64,000 nt of DNA from positions 38,974 through 102,973 of the forward strand of contig JBCCEA010000013.1 in assembly GCA_039030515.1 (NCBI GenBank), in the 5' to 3' direction. Each line of letters starts with the position of its first letter. Within the stretch, counting starts at the first letter, position 1. The notes under the pieces are model-generated. The model had not been told where the DNA came from. It worked only from the letters and a program-made list of their open reading frames with translations, and did not search any database. Below are positions 1 through 9,599 of this stretch, piece after piece. This DNA comes from Myxococcota bacterium (GTDB lineage Bacteria; Myxococcota_A; Polyangia; Polyangiales; Houyiibacteriaceae). Both the position numbers and the translations under genes were made by a program.

Positions 1-5
1 GTCGC

Positions 6-1511
6 ATGGAGAGCGAGTTGGCGCTCAAGTCTGGCGACACGATTGCAATCGGCGACTACCTGCTCGCCCTACAGCTCGAGTCGTCCGAGGAGGTCGGAGT
101 GGGGATCGCTGTTTCGGACGCACCCTTGGCGCCGCCTAGGTTGGTGATGCTCACTCAGCCGGCGCCCGGAGCAGAGTTTGCGATCTCAGAGGGTTCCAGC
201 AGAGTGGGCCGGGCGGAAGACCTGGACATCTGGGTGAACCACCGCTCCATTTCCCGAGAGCACGCCCAGATCACTCGTGAAGGGGACCGATTCAAGATCG
301 AAGACCTCGGTAGCGCCAATGGAATCCGTCACAACGGCCGCGACGTTTCCGTGTGCGATCTGAGGTCGGGAGACGTTCTAGAGTTGGGGCAAGTTCGAAT
401 GCGGTTCGTCGGAGAAGATGAATCCTACGTACTCGATCCGTCGAGCTTGGCGCAGCTGAGCGAGTCGGAGTACGACGATGCGTCTCGGGTACCGCTATTC
501 GTGGCTGCGGGTATTCTCTTGGTAGCCCTGACCGTCAGCGCTGCGATCGCGGCGCTCGGCAGTGGCGGATCCCCACCAACCTCGAGACCGATCGAGGAGC
601 CGCTGCAGTCGGACCGGACATCAGAAGGAGGCGGATCGGTTCAGCGGGAGGTGTCGCGGTCCGACTCGACTCCATCGAGGAGTGACTCTGCGAAAAGCCA
701 CCCGTCCAAGCAGGTGCCGAGACGAGAATCTCGATCGCCCGAGACGCACCAGGCACTAAGCATCCTGAGGTCACGCTGTTCAGAGGCGCTCGATGCCTCC
801 GAGCTGGATGTAGCGGAGGATGCAGCTGCGGAAGCTTTGGCAATCGCAGCCGACGACCGTGGAGCGCTGGAATGCCAAAGTCGGGTTCGCGCCCATCGAG
901 TTTTTGATCGGGCCCTAGACTTGGCTCGAACCGATATCGACGCTGCCTTTGCAACGATGCTCGGTATTCCCGAAGACAGCGCTCTGCGTCAGCATCCGAA
1001 GAGCCTTGCCCTCGCCGGCGATTATGCGCAGCGTCACATGCGGCGTGGACGTCAAGTGCGGGCGAGCCGGAGTTGGCTTGCTCTAAGAAGAGAAGCTCAG
1101 AGCGTGCTCACCGCAGATGCGTCCTTTTCGGGCTCGGTGACGGAGGGCGATCGGGTGCAGGCTCAGCTGTGGGAACGCCGCGCCAGGCGTGAAGTCGGCG
1201 TACTCGCGCGTCAGGCCGAATTCCGGGATCCGCCTCCCAACAGTCCAGCCGTTCCGCAAATCTCAGCGCGTTCCGACGAATCCGCAATGGAGCGAGCTCG
1301 CTCCTGCTTGCTTCGAAGCGATCATCAGTGCGTCATACGCACGCTAAAGGGCCGCACAGGTGCAAGTGAGTTGGCGCTGCTGGTAGCAACCTACCGGCAA
1401 GTGGGAGATACCCAACGAATGCGTCAGGCGATGCAGCGATACTTGAGCCTCTACCCAAGGACGGATACGGCGACTCAGTACCGAGGTATCCTTGAACGCT
1501 TGCGAAACTGA
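6..1511 (+). CDS. FHA-domain membrane protein with C-terminal TPR-like helical region; probably 5'-truncated by the window edge
   Basis: FHA motifs GR..., SISREHA, DLGSANG, LRSGD. The N-terminus (LKSGDTIAIGDYLL) looks like the tail of a preceding FHA domain. One TM segment (VPLFVAAGILLVALTVSAAIAAL) is followed by a low-complexity linker and helical repeats. Confidence 0.8.
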   Translation: MESELALKSGDTIAIGDYLLALQLESSEEVGVGIAVSDAPLAPPRLVMLTQPAPGAEFAISEGSSRVGRAEDLDIWVNHRSISREHAQITREGDRFKIEDLGSANGIRHNGRDVSVCDLRSGDVLELGQVRMRFVGEDESYVLDPSSLAQLSESEYDDASRVPLFVAAGILLVALTVSAAIAALGSGGSPPTSRPIEEPLQSDRTSEGGGSVQREVSRSDSTPSRSDSAKSHPSKQVPRRESRSPETHQALSILRSRCSEALDASELDVAEDAAAEALAIAADDRGALECQSRVRAHRVFDRALDLARTDIDAAFATMLGIPEDSALRQHPKSLALAGDYAQRHMRRGRQVRASRSWLALRREAQSVLTADASFSGSVTEGDRVQAQLWERRARREVGVLARQAEFRDPPPNSPAVPQISARSDESAMERARSCLLRSDHQCVIRTLKGRTGASELALLVATYRQVGDTQRMRQAMQRYLSLYPRTDTATQYRGILERLRN

Positions 1512-1551
1512 AGCGTCCCTCGCTTCGCCCGAACACCGCAGGCTCCATCCG

Positions 1552-1580
1552 TTGACAGCTGAAAAAATGGCGGGTTAAAT
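1552..1580 (+). promoter_or_regulatory. Putative sigma-70 promoter for the OmpA/TSP3 gene
   Basis: TTGACA (1552-1557), 17-bp spacer, TTAAAT (1575-1580) in the intergenic gap. Confidence 0.45.
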
Positions 1581-1585
1581 GACCC

Positions 1586-3685
1586 ATGTCGCGGCGGAAC
1601 CCATTGGAAACAATCAGCACATGCACAAAGGTGCGCGAGAGTCGAGCCGGTCAGATCGCTCGATTCCGGTCAGCTGTGGAATCGAGGACGAGCTCCTTTC
1701 GGTGTGTTGGCTGTTTCGAGCGGGCTTTCGTCTGGCTCGCTTTGCTTGTGATCGGGGCTGGATTTTTGGCCTGGGGTTTCCCTGCTCATGCGCAGTCAGG
1801 CGCCCTTGCTCGTGGCGGAATGGATGCCCATCTGTTTCGACCCGCCATCGATTCTAAAGGGCACTTCTCGGTCAACGGTACGGACATTATCGGTCACAAG
1901 GATTTCAGCTTTGGCCTGATGCTCGACGCCGGATTCGGGCTGATCCCCTTCGAGGGATTCGAAGACGAAGACGGCACGCTGCGCGCAGATGCAGATCGCG
2001 TGGACCGCCTTGTCGAACAGATGTTCACCGGCACGCTCCACTTCAATTTCGGATTGTTCAATCACCTTGTCGTTGGTGCGCAACTTCCGGTGGTCTTTGC
2101 GGGCGGGCCTGCAGTCGAAATTCCAGGGTTCTACAACGACAGCGACAGCCCCAGCGGAATCGACTATCAAGGGATCGGTAACGTTACGTTGCATGCAAAA
2201 TGGCGCCTTGCCCGGTCGGAGCGAGATCCGGTCGGTCTCGCAGCCATTGTGCATGTCGAGCTTCCCACCGGTTCCCCTTCGGAGTTCGTAGGCGATGGTT
2301 TTGCGCTGTGGCCGATGATGGCGCTGGAATGGCTTCCCGTGCGGCGCGTTCGCATCGGACTCAACCTCGGATATCGATTCAATACCGAGGACGGTCCTGA
2401 GCGATTCCCCTTTCACGGACGAACCGAACCGACGGGCACGAGCGCGACCGTGGCGGAGTTGGTTCAGACGGGGGATCCGATAACCTACGACGACCTTCTG
2501 ACCTTTGGCATGGGCGCTAGTTTCCGGGTGGCCAGACCTTTGGAACTCGTGCTGGAAACCTACGGGACACAGATCGCCACCGAAATCGGTGCGCGGGGTG
2601 GAACCTCGATGGAAGCACTTGCCGGACTTAAGGTGTTCGTCCAGCAAAACAGCTTCTTGTTCCTCGGTGGAGGCGTAGGCATTCCGATCGACGGGATACA
2701 GACGGCCGACTATCGGGGCGTTGTCGGGATCGTTTTCGAGCCATCTATCGGAGATCGCGATGGTGATGGTTATCGAGACGATATCGACCGGTGCCCCGAT
2801 AATCCCGAAGATTTTGACGGTTTTGAAGATGAAGACGGCTGTCCCGAGCCAGACAACGATCAAGACGGCATCCTCGACTTAGACGATGAATGTCCACTGA
2901 TTCCTGAAGACTTTGACGGAGTTTCTGACGAAGACGGTTGTCCCGACAGTGATGGTGGCGACCGAGATGGAGACGGCATTCTAGATGCCGACGACCTATG
3001 CCCCGATAATCCCGAAGATTTTGACGGTTTTGAAGATGGAGACGGCTGTCCCGAGCCAGACAACGATCAAGACGGCATTCCAGACGCCGATGACTTATGC
3101 CCCGACATGCCGGAGGACTACGACGGTTTCGAGGACGAGGACGGTTGTCCCGACGCCGACAACGACGGCGATCGAGTGCTCGATGCCGATGACGCTTGTC
3201 CCAGCGAGCCGGAAACCTACAACGGCTTTGAAGATGCCGACGGTTGTCCCGACCGCGGTACCGTTGTGATCGAGGAGAACCAAATCGTCATCTTAGAGAG
3301 AGTGTACTTTGAGACAAACAGTGCAGTGATTCAGAATCGAAGCAGTTCGCTGCTCGATGCGGTTGCCGCAACATTCATCGGTAACCCTCAGATTACCTTG
3401 ATCGAGATCCAAGGACATGCGGACGAACGATCATCAGATGCATACAACCTCCGCCTTACCCGCGGTCGCGCCGCTGCCGTGCTCGAAGCCTTGGTTCAGC
3501 TAGGCGTTCCTCGAAATCGTTTGCGAAGTGCCGGATATGGGGAACGATGCCCTGTGGATATGGGTCACAATAGACGGGCTTGGGAGCGCAACAGGCGGGT
3601 CGAATTCAAAATAATTAGCACTGTGGATGGCCCGACCGATGTTGAAGTGGCATGCCCCGATGGACAAGAACTCATACCCGACTAG
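1586..3685 (+). CDS. OmpA-family outer-membrane protein with beta-barrel, thrombospondin type-3 repeats and OmpA C-terminal domain (TraB-like architecture)
   Basis: Signal peptide ending AHA-Q. Repeated DxDGDG..D..D.CP..PEDFDGFEDxDGCP units. OmpA motifs IEIQGHAD, YNLRL..RA, NRRVEF. The true start is probably downstream of 1586. Confidence 0.9.
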   Translation: MSRRNPLETISTCTKVRESRAGQIARFRSAVESRTSSFRCVGCFERAFVWLALLVIGAGFLAWGFPAHAQSGALARGGMDAHLFRPAIDSKGHFSVNGTDIIGHKDFSFGLMLDAGFGLIPFEGFEDEDGTLRADADRVDRLVEQMFTGTLHFNFGLFNHLVVGAQLPVVFAGGPAVEIPGFYNDSDSPSGIDYQGIGNVTLHAKWRLARSERDPVGLAAIVHVELPTGSPSEFVGDGFALWPMMALEWLPVRRVRIGLNLGYRFNTEDGPERFPFHGRTEPTGTSATVAELVQTGDPITYDDLLTFGMGASFRVARPLELVLETYGTQIATEIGARGGTSMEALAGLKVFVQQNSFLFLGGGVGIPIDGIQTADYRGVVGIVFEPSIGDRDGDGYRDDIDRCPDNPEDFDGFEDEDGCPEPDNDQDGILDLDDECPLIPEDFDGVSDEDGCPDSDGGDRDGDGILDADDLCPDNPEDFDGFEDGDGCPEPDNDQDGIPDADDLCPDMPEDYDGFEDEDGCPDADNDGDRVLDADDACPSEPETYNGFEDADGCPDRGTVVIEENQIVILERVYFETNSAVIQNRSSSLLDAVAATFIGNPQITLIEIQGHADERSSDAYNLRLTRGRAAAVLEALVQLGVPRNRLRSAGYGERCPVDMGHNRRAWERNRRVEFKIISTVDGPTDVEVACPDGQELIPD
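2792..3078 (+). repeat. 80-bp near-identical direct repeat inside the TSP3 region (2792-2871 and 2999-3078)
   Basis: The two copies differ at one base (GAA vs GGA) and are 207 bp (69 codons) apart. Confidence 0.9.
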
Positions 3686-3733
3686 AGTACGTCCTTTCTC
3701 GAACAAACTAGCCCCGCGCGAAATTTTTTACTG

Positions 3734-4303
3734 ATGTCTGCTGATAGGTTTACGGATTGGGTAGGTGAAGCCATTGTCTCACTCCCACAACAAATGAAGG
3801 CAATGCTGCGTGTTGTGGATGACCCTGAGGTAGCCGACCAAGGGCGCGTTTTTGCCGCAGGCGCCCTGCTTCATGTGCTGGTTGCAAGCAATGCCATTCC
3901 AGGTATGCGGGGCATCCTCGCCTACGTGGATGATGTTCTGGTGATCAAGCTGGTACTGGAACGGCTTTGTGTGAGCGATGCCGAAGCCATGAGTGCCCAT
4001 CGAGAGAGCTCTCCCGAGCTGTTCTCGGGACTCGAAGACCATATGGAGTCTGCGCGCGAGTATCTCGGTGAGCTCCTAACGCTGGTAGACAAAGCCGTCG
4101 ACGACCTGCCCAAGTTGCAGCATCAGGGTCATACTCCGGGTCAGTGTGTGCACGATACGGACGGAGGCAACTGGCTCTACGATATCGTTCACGAAGCGAT
4201 CGTAGAGCAATTTGAGTTCGACGAAGACGAAGTGTATCGAGAAATCAAGCGCATCGATCAGATTCGAACCTCACTGCGATCCAGAGTGACCACGCCCAAG
4301 TGA
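3734..4303 (+). CDS. DUF1232/YkvA-like protein
   Basis: NAIPGMRGILAYVDD resembles the DUF1232 'D.IPD....G..DD' motif. Coding-like ORF following the OmpA gene. Confidence 0.6.
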   Translation: MSADRFTDWVGEAIVSLPQQMKAMLRVVDDPEVADQGRVFAAGALLHVLVASNAIPGMRGILAYVDDVLVIKLVLERLCVSDAEAMSAHRESSPELFSGLEDHMESAREYLGELLTLVDKAVDDLPKLQHQGHTPGQCVHDTDGGNWLYDIVHEAIVEQFEFDEDEVYREIKRIDQIRTSLRSRVTTPK

Positions 4304-6120
4304 ACGCCTCTGCCGTCTGACCTCCGTGAAGCGATGCGTAGCTCACGGTTCCCATCGACGTCGCCTCGTTCGGTTTCCTGTTTCTTATTGGATGTGAGGC
4401 ACTGCAGGATCTCGAGTAGCGAGGACATGCGCTCCTTATCGAAGAGCAAAATCCACGCGCTGTGGTGCATTGAGTTGTGGGCAGGTGTCACTCGGGACGC
4501 CGTGGCTTGAGTCGTATTGAATTTGCCGCAAGTCACGAGGTTTTCGACGGCTAAGTCCGCCTCTGAGTTTTTGAGTGTCGTGAGGACGAGCACGCTTCGC
4601 CTGATGTAGCCGCCGGGACCAGTACGGTCGCCGTAGGCCACGTCGCAACGAATTAGCCCGCTTACTGCGGAGACTAGATGAATCTGGAGTCGAGTCTCCT
4701 GGATGTTGCCCTCTGACGTACGATGAACGACCGGTAGTAGACAGAACTTCGGCGTGAGGCTGGTGATCGGTACGCAGAGCCTTTCGGCGACTGCGAGAAC
4801 TCGCCGTAGTTTCTGCGCATTCGATGAGGGCAGTTGATGGTTTGTGCCTGTTGCCATCACCGGAGCCAGCAAAATCAAGGCCTCAAGAGGAGAAACGATC
4901 GCGGTATAGGATGACCCACCGTCATGGTGCATCGTCTCTTGGACCAACCACAGGAAGCCTAGAATCAAAAACCATCCGGCAGGTGACCAAAACGAGAACA
5001 TCTCCAAGGAGCATTCGAGCCATCGGTGTTGCGAACGTAGTGAGCGAGGGGCCGCGACCCATTGGCCGTGCCGCGTCGTTTGCGCTGTCTTTGCGGTGCG
5101 CTGTAACGATAGACCGACGACACACAGCAGCAGGGCGAGCGATTCGAGCGGCAGTTCTATCCATAAAAAACCCGCTCCGATTCCTGCCGCGATAATTGCA
5201 ACGGATCGCAGCAGGTTCGAAGGTAGCGGCAGCACGGGTCGGGCTTGTGCTTTTCGTTGCGTACAGGCGACCCAAAAGAGCAGCTGTTTGATGAGCGCGA
5301 TGCCTGCGATCAGGGCGGCAGCGACGAAGGGGCTGATCGGCGATCGATCGTGATTGTTGTCGCTGGTATCGCGCTTCTGTCTCCTCTCGCGGTCCGCTGC
5401 GGCAGACGTTGTGTTTGATCCAAGCTGCCGTGCGGCAGCCTCCTCAGGCCAGTCGATCACCTCCGTGTCCGGCATGTTCAGTTCGAAGGGCCAAGCCAAC
5501 GTGCGAGGCAGATGTGCACGCTCCCATCGCAGCATCGTGCGCGCACCTGCGAGGTAGCGGCGCGGCTCAATTCGTCGTTCGCTGTCGCCTCTAGATACCT
5601 CCTCGGTGCCAAAAGGTGCAGTCATCGTCACGACCACGGTATCGAGTCCTGCTTTCCACCCCGGAAACGACCACCGCATGTGCACTGTACCCTTGTCTTC
5701 CATCCATAGGTTTCCGTTGCTGACCAGGTTTGCTCGGTACTGAAATCGAACGAGGTACACTCCTTTTCTAGGAGACCGATGTCGATCGAAGCTGAGGCTC
5801 ACGCGACCGTCGGATCTCGTGAGCACAGTCGGACGGAACTTGTGCATGCCGTCTCGGGAGACCACGGACAGCGGTTTGCGGGTGTCGAGTCTGAGATCGG
5901 GGTCTAGACCGGCGATTTCCAGACCATCGAGCCAACCTCGGCGGACCCGCACCAATAGAGACATGCTGACCGTGGCGACTCCGTCCGGCTCTATCTCGAC
6001 ATGGGCCTTCACGGTGCGTACTTCGGCTTCGGTCCAGGCTCGAGCGGTGGTGGGCGCGAACGTCAGAACGGATAAGGCCGCTACGGCAAGCGCTTTGGAC
6101 CATGGCCACACCGCATTCAA
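4258..6120 (-). CDS. Secreted/membrane protein of unknown function (signal peptide, beta-rich N-terminal domain, several TM helices; loosely DUF2207-like)
   Basis: 620-aa ORF with signal peptide (ALAVAALSVLTFAPTTARA-W) and multiple hydrophobic segments in the C-terminal half. Confidence 0.6.
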   Translation of the reverse strand: MNAVWPWSKALAVAALSVLTFAPTTARAWTEAEVRTVKAHVEIEPDGVATVSMSLLVRVRRGWLDGLEIAGLDPDLRLDTRKPLSVVSRDGMHKFRPTVLTRSDGRVSLSFDRHRSPRKGVYLVRFQYRANLVSNGNLWMEDKGTVHMRWSFPGWKAGLDTVVVTMTAPFGTEEVSRGDSERRIEPRRYLAGARTMLRWERAHLPRTLAWPFELNMPDTEVIDWPEEAAARQLGSNTTSAAADRERRQKRDTSDNNHDRSPISPFVAAALIAGIALIKQLLFWVACTQRKAQARPVLPLPSNLLRSVAIIAAGIGAGFLWIELPLESLALLLCVVGLSLQRTAKTAQTTRHGQWVAAPRSLRSQHRWLECSLEMFSFWSPAGWFLILGFLWLVQETMHHDGGSSYTAIVSPLEALILLAPVMATGTNHQLPSSNAQKLRRVLAVAERLCVPITSLTPKFCLLPVVHRTSEGNIQETRLQIHLVSAVSGLIRCDVAYGDRTGPGGYIRRSVLVLTTLKNSEADLAVENLVTCGKFNTTQATASRVTPAHNSMHHSAWILLFDKERMSSLLEILQCLTSNKKQETERGDVDGNRELRIASRRSDGRGVHLGVVTLDRSEVRI

Positions 6121-6144
6121 CTTAGTCCGGCCGGTGCATGACGC

Positions 6145-7209
6145 CTAAAATTCGGCGATCGCCTCCCATGTGCCAATCCGGATCCAGCTCGGCATGAATA
6201 GCAAGACGAATAGAACGAGGCAGAGCCAAGCGAACCCCCTCCGCGTTCGGTCGAGTGGCTCGTCCCGCGTGGGAGGGTGTTCCGATCCTGAGAAGCGCGC
6301 CATGATCCAAAGCAGACCTGCCCAGAATATCCAATGAAACCCTGCACTAAAGCTCGCCAACCAGCCGTCAAGAGTGCCGCTCTCGTCTTGCAGCGCGAAG
6401 AACATCCCCACGCCAAGACCCAGCAGTACCAAGAACCGTCGTGTGTAGCTTGAGTATCGGTTCTGCACTTCGCCAAAGAGTGCGTAGGCGATATGCCCCC
6501 CGTCGAGCTGACCTACCGGTACGAGATTGATCATCGTGACCAGGAGGCCTGCCCAGCCAGCGAGTGCGGTTGGGGTGAGCCAGATATCGTGACCCGCTGG
6601 AATCGGACCCTTGAGCCAGTAAATCAGTCCTGCATAGATCATCGAGTGACCCTCGATAAGGTACGTCTCCATCGGCCCGACCGTCCCGCTCAGGGCGCGA
6701 ACCTCGGACTGATCGATACCCCAGATCACGACAGGGAGGGCGACCAGTAATCCCGCGAGGGGGCCAGCGGCTCCTACGTCGAGGAGTGCGGCTCGTGAAC
6801 GAATCGCTCCGCGCATGCGGATGACCGCTCCCATGGTGCCGAGCAAAAAGAAGGGCACCGGAATGAAGTAGGGTAGCGATAAATCGATGCGATGGTAGCG
6901 ACCCGCGAAGTAGTGACCGAACTCGTGGCTCATCAAAATGGCCATCAGTGGAACCGAAAACACCCAGCCCTGCAGCAGTTCTAGCGTCGATTCGGGAGGA
7001 CGCTCCAGCACCATCTGCGCTCCGACGAAGAGCGTGGACGCAAACGTAAGCGCGATGAGCAGTAAGGGTACGATCCAGCTGGATCGCGTCGCGTGATGCC
7101 GATCGGTGATCTGCTGTTCGGCTTCCGGCTGAGCGGGCACCTCTGGCCGCTCAGGCACTTCCGCGTCGTTGCCTGTGTCATCGTTTCTGTTTTTTGGAGT
7201 GTTTGGCAC
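6145..7209 (-). CDS. Site-2 protease (peptidase M50) family intramembrane zinc metalloprotease
   Basis: HEFGH zinc motif, AAGPLAG, NLVPVGQLDGGH, many TM segments. Confidence 0.93.
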   Translation of the reverse strand: MPNTPKNRNDDTGNDAEVPERPEVPAQPEAEQQITDRHHATRSSWIVPLLLIALTFASTLFVGAQMVLERPPESTLELLQGWVFSVPLMAILMSHEFGHYFAGRYHRIDLSLPYFIPVPFFLLGTMGAVIRMRGAIRSRAALLDVGAAGPLAGLLVALPVVIWGIDQSEVRALSGTVGPMETYLIEGHSMIYAGLIYWLKGPIPAGHDIWLTPTALAGWAGLLVTMINLVPVGQLDGGHIAYALFGEVQNRYSSYTRRFLVLLGLGVGMFFALQDESGTLDGWLASFSAGFHWIFWAGLLWIMARFSGSEHPPTRDEPLDRTRRGFAWLCLVLFVLLFMPSWIRIGTWEAIAEF

Positions 7210-7354
7210 AAATCCTTACCTGCCTGCCTCGTAGCATGCGAAGCAGCAGAGCGTTTGCGGTGCTCCGCTCCTTTTGCTCGGTCTAGGCCATGCCAGCTTG
7301 CTTTTGGACCGAGGGTTGGCGTGAGTCTCTGTATACTGCGAAGCTAGAGCGATC

Positions 7355-8338
7355 ATGAGGCCTCAACGATCACACTCAAATCGTAGGGCCCAGCAAAGCG
7401 AGCCTCTGTCGAACCTAGTTGGCTCTTTTCTATCGCTTCCCGCCGTCTCTTCGGTTGGCCTATTTCTCTCGATCTGCGGCGTTCCAAACGCGACGCTCGC
7501 TCAAGTCGAAGACTGCTTTTCTGAGCCCAAGCGTTTCGAACCGCAGCAGGTGATTCCAGCGGTTGGCGCTCGGGCGGTCACGCTGGACGCGGTGGTACGC
7601 GTTGAATTCAGCGAAGACTATTTTTTCGTCACTGAGATAAGCCCGGAGGACAGTCTCGAGTTGTTTCGAAATCTAGACGGAGTGCTCGAACGCGTTTCGG
7701 GAACGTTTGACCTAGCCGGAGGTCGGACCCTCTTTTTTGTACCGGATCAACTGCTCTTTCCAAATTCCGACTACGAAGGCACCGCGTTTGGTTCGGAAGG
7801 TGCGCTCAACTTCGCGTTTCGCACTGGCGACCAACTCGATCGCTCGCCTCCTCAGGTCTTCGGCATAGACAGCACTCGCTCGAGTCGGATCGGACCAACC
7901 TGTGAAGCGCCGGCGGGGGGCTACCGGATCGATGTCAGTTTTCCACCTGCCGTTGACGACGGTCCTTTGGGCAGCATCGGCTACTTTATCTATCAGACTC
8001 GAGGACCCCTGCTCGAGGCTCCGGTACTGCGCGCGACGCTCGCGAACTTTGCGACTCCAGGTCTTCTTTCGGTCGGGTTCGTGATCGATCGATTGGAAGC
8101 GACGGAGCCCATTTGTGTCGCGATTCAGGCGGTAGACGGGGTAGGCAACGTAGTCGAGACGGAGTCCGCCTGCTTTGATCCGATCGACGGAAATTACTTT
8201 GAATCTCTGTGCGCCGCCTCAGGATCGACTGAAGCCGTTTGGGCCGCGCATCGAACGATTTGGATTCCCATCGCACTGGTCCTCTGCGCTTTGGGAATCG
8301 GTAGGCGAACCGTATGGATTCGGCCTGTCCGGCGTTGA
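7355..8338 (+). CDS. Ig-like (Big_5/SbsA-type) domain surface protein with MYXO-CTERM-like C-terminal tag
   Basis: P..GA..V..DAVVRVEFSE ... L.F.P...L.PNSDY ... F.FRTG...D..PP pattern. C-terminal Cys, hydrophobic stretch and RR. Confidence 0.6.
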   Translation: MRPQRSHSNRRAQQSEPLSNLVGSFLSLPAVSSVGLFLSICGVPNATLAQVEDCFSEPKRFEPQQVIPAVGARAVTLDAVVRVEFSEDYFFVTEISPEDSLELFRNLDGVLERVSGTFDLAGGRTLFFVPDQLLFPNSDYEGTAFGSEGALNFAFRTGDQLDRSPPQVFGIDSTRSSRIGPTCEAPAGGYRIDVSFPPAVDDGPLGSIGYFIYQTRGPLLEAPVLRATLANFATPGLLSVGFVIDRLEATEPICVAIQAVDGVGNVVETESACFDPIDGNYFESLCAASGSTEAVWAAHRTIWIPIALVLCALGIGRRTVWIRPVRR

Positions 8339-8390
8339 ATAGGATAGTCTGAGCGAAGGGGTGCATACGCAGTACGCCGGTTAGGATTCA

Positions 8391-9515
8391 ATGCGTTCCG
8401 GGATTCATTTGTCCAAACATAGTGCCTTGCTCGTCTGCACTGCGGGAACGATAGCCGCGTCTATTTTGCTGGCGTGTGCAACTTTAGTGGCCAGCGTCCG
8501 AACTTCGAGTGGCTTGGTTCTTCTCGTCGTTTTCGTAGTGCTTGAGATCCTGATGGCGTCGGGTTTGGCCTATCTAGGTAGTCGAAGTGTCGAAATGGAT
8601 CTCGGGGCCATGGCGGATGCGGTCCGGGCGATGGCGAGAGGTGGGCGAAAGGAACCGGTCCCCCTTCGCAGCATGGATGAGCTTGGCGAACTGGCCCAGC
8701 AACTTGAATCTCTCCGCACCCGGTTCATCGAAGGACTGGCTCGAGAGCGAGAGGCACTGCAGCGAGCCGAGGAAGCCGATCGGTATAAAGCCGATTTCCT
8801 GACCGCACTGAGTCACGAACTTCGCACGCCGCTCAACGCGATCTTGGGGTTTGCCGATGTGCTCCTCAACGAGATCGACGGACCGATCAGCGAAGGGCAA
8901 CGCGAAGATCTCCAGATCGTCAAAACCGCTGGTGTGCACCTTATCTCGCTGTTCAACGACGTTCTCGATCTCTCGGCTGCGACCTCTGGCCGATTGGAGC
9001 TCGTTCGGCAGAGGGTACCTCTCGGACCGATGCTTGACGAAACCGTGGCGTTGTTCGCGGCGCAACGCGGTGAAAAGCAGCGTACCCTGACGATCGATCG
9101 CTTCCCCGGTCTTCCGGACGTGGATGCCGATCCCACCCGACTTCGACAAATCCTCAGCAATCTCACTTCGAATGCTCTGAAGTTCACCCCGGAGGGCTCG
9201 ATCGTGCTCAGGGCTCGACCGGATAGGTCCTGGGTCCTGGTAGAGGTTCAGGATACGGGCGTAGGTATCGCGCCGGAGGAGATCCCGCTTATATTTCAAG
9301 AATTTGGCCAGGTTCGAGGAGAGTCCCGCAGACACCGAGGGACCGGCCTAGGGCTCGCGATCACCAAGCAGCTTGTCGAGCTGCATGGCGGCCAGGTTCG
9401 GGTGGAGAGTCGGATCGGAGTGGGTTCCACATTTTCTTTTTCGCTACCGATTTGGCGGGGTATCGCTGAGTTTGAAGCCGATTTGATCGAGATGTCGACG
9501 CATGACGACCGCTGA
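8391..9515 (+). CDS. HAMP-domain sensor histidine kinase (intact)
   Basis: Two TM segments, HAMP (DELGELA), H-box SHELRTPLNAI, N-box NLTSNALKF, G1 DTGVGI, G2 GTGLGL. Confidence 0.93.
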   Translation: MRSGIHLSKHSALLVCTAGTIAASILLACATLVASVRTSSGLVLLVVFVVLEILMASGLAYLGSRSVEMDLGAMADAVRAMARGGRKEPVPLRSMDELGELAQQLESLRTRFIEGLAREREALQRAEEADRYKADFLTALSHELRTPLNAILGFADVLLNEIDGPISEGQREDLQIVKTAGVHLISLFNDVLDLSAATSGRLELVRQRVPLGPMLDETVALFAAQRGEKQRTLTIDRFPGLPDVDADPTRLRQILSNLTSNALKFTPEGSIVLRARPDRSWVLVEVQDTGVGIAPEEIPLIFQEFGQVRGESRRHRGTGLGLAITKQLVELHGGQVRVESRIGVGSTFSFSLPIWRGIAEFEADLIEMSTHDDR

Positions 9516-9599
9516 TTTTGAGGTCCTCGCCGGTAGGACTCACTCCAGGCATTCCGCGGCTTGGGTTGGACCGAGCAGGCTTCTGGTGGAGGCTGAGCG

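Noticed and set aside
1796..2863. Long antisense ORF (355 aa) and many similar shadow ORFs across the window
   Set aside because: They lie opposite well-supported genes, lack motifs, and are expected in GC-rich coding DNA.
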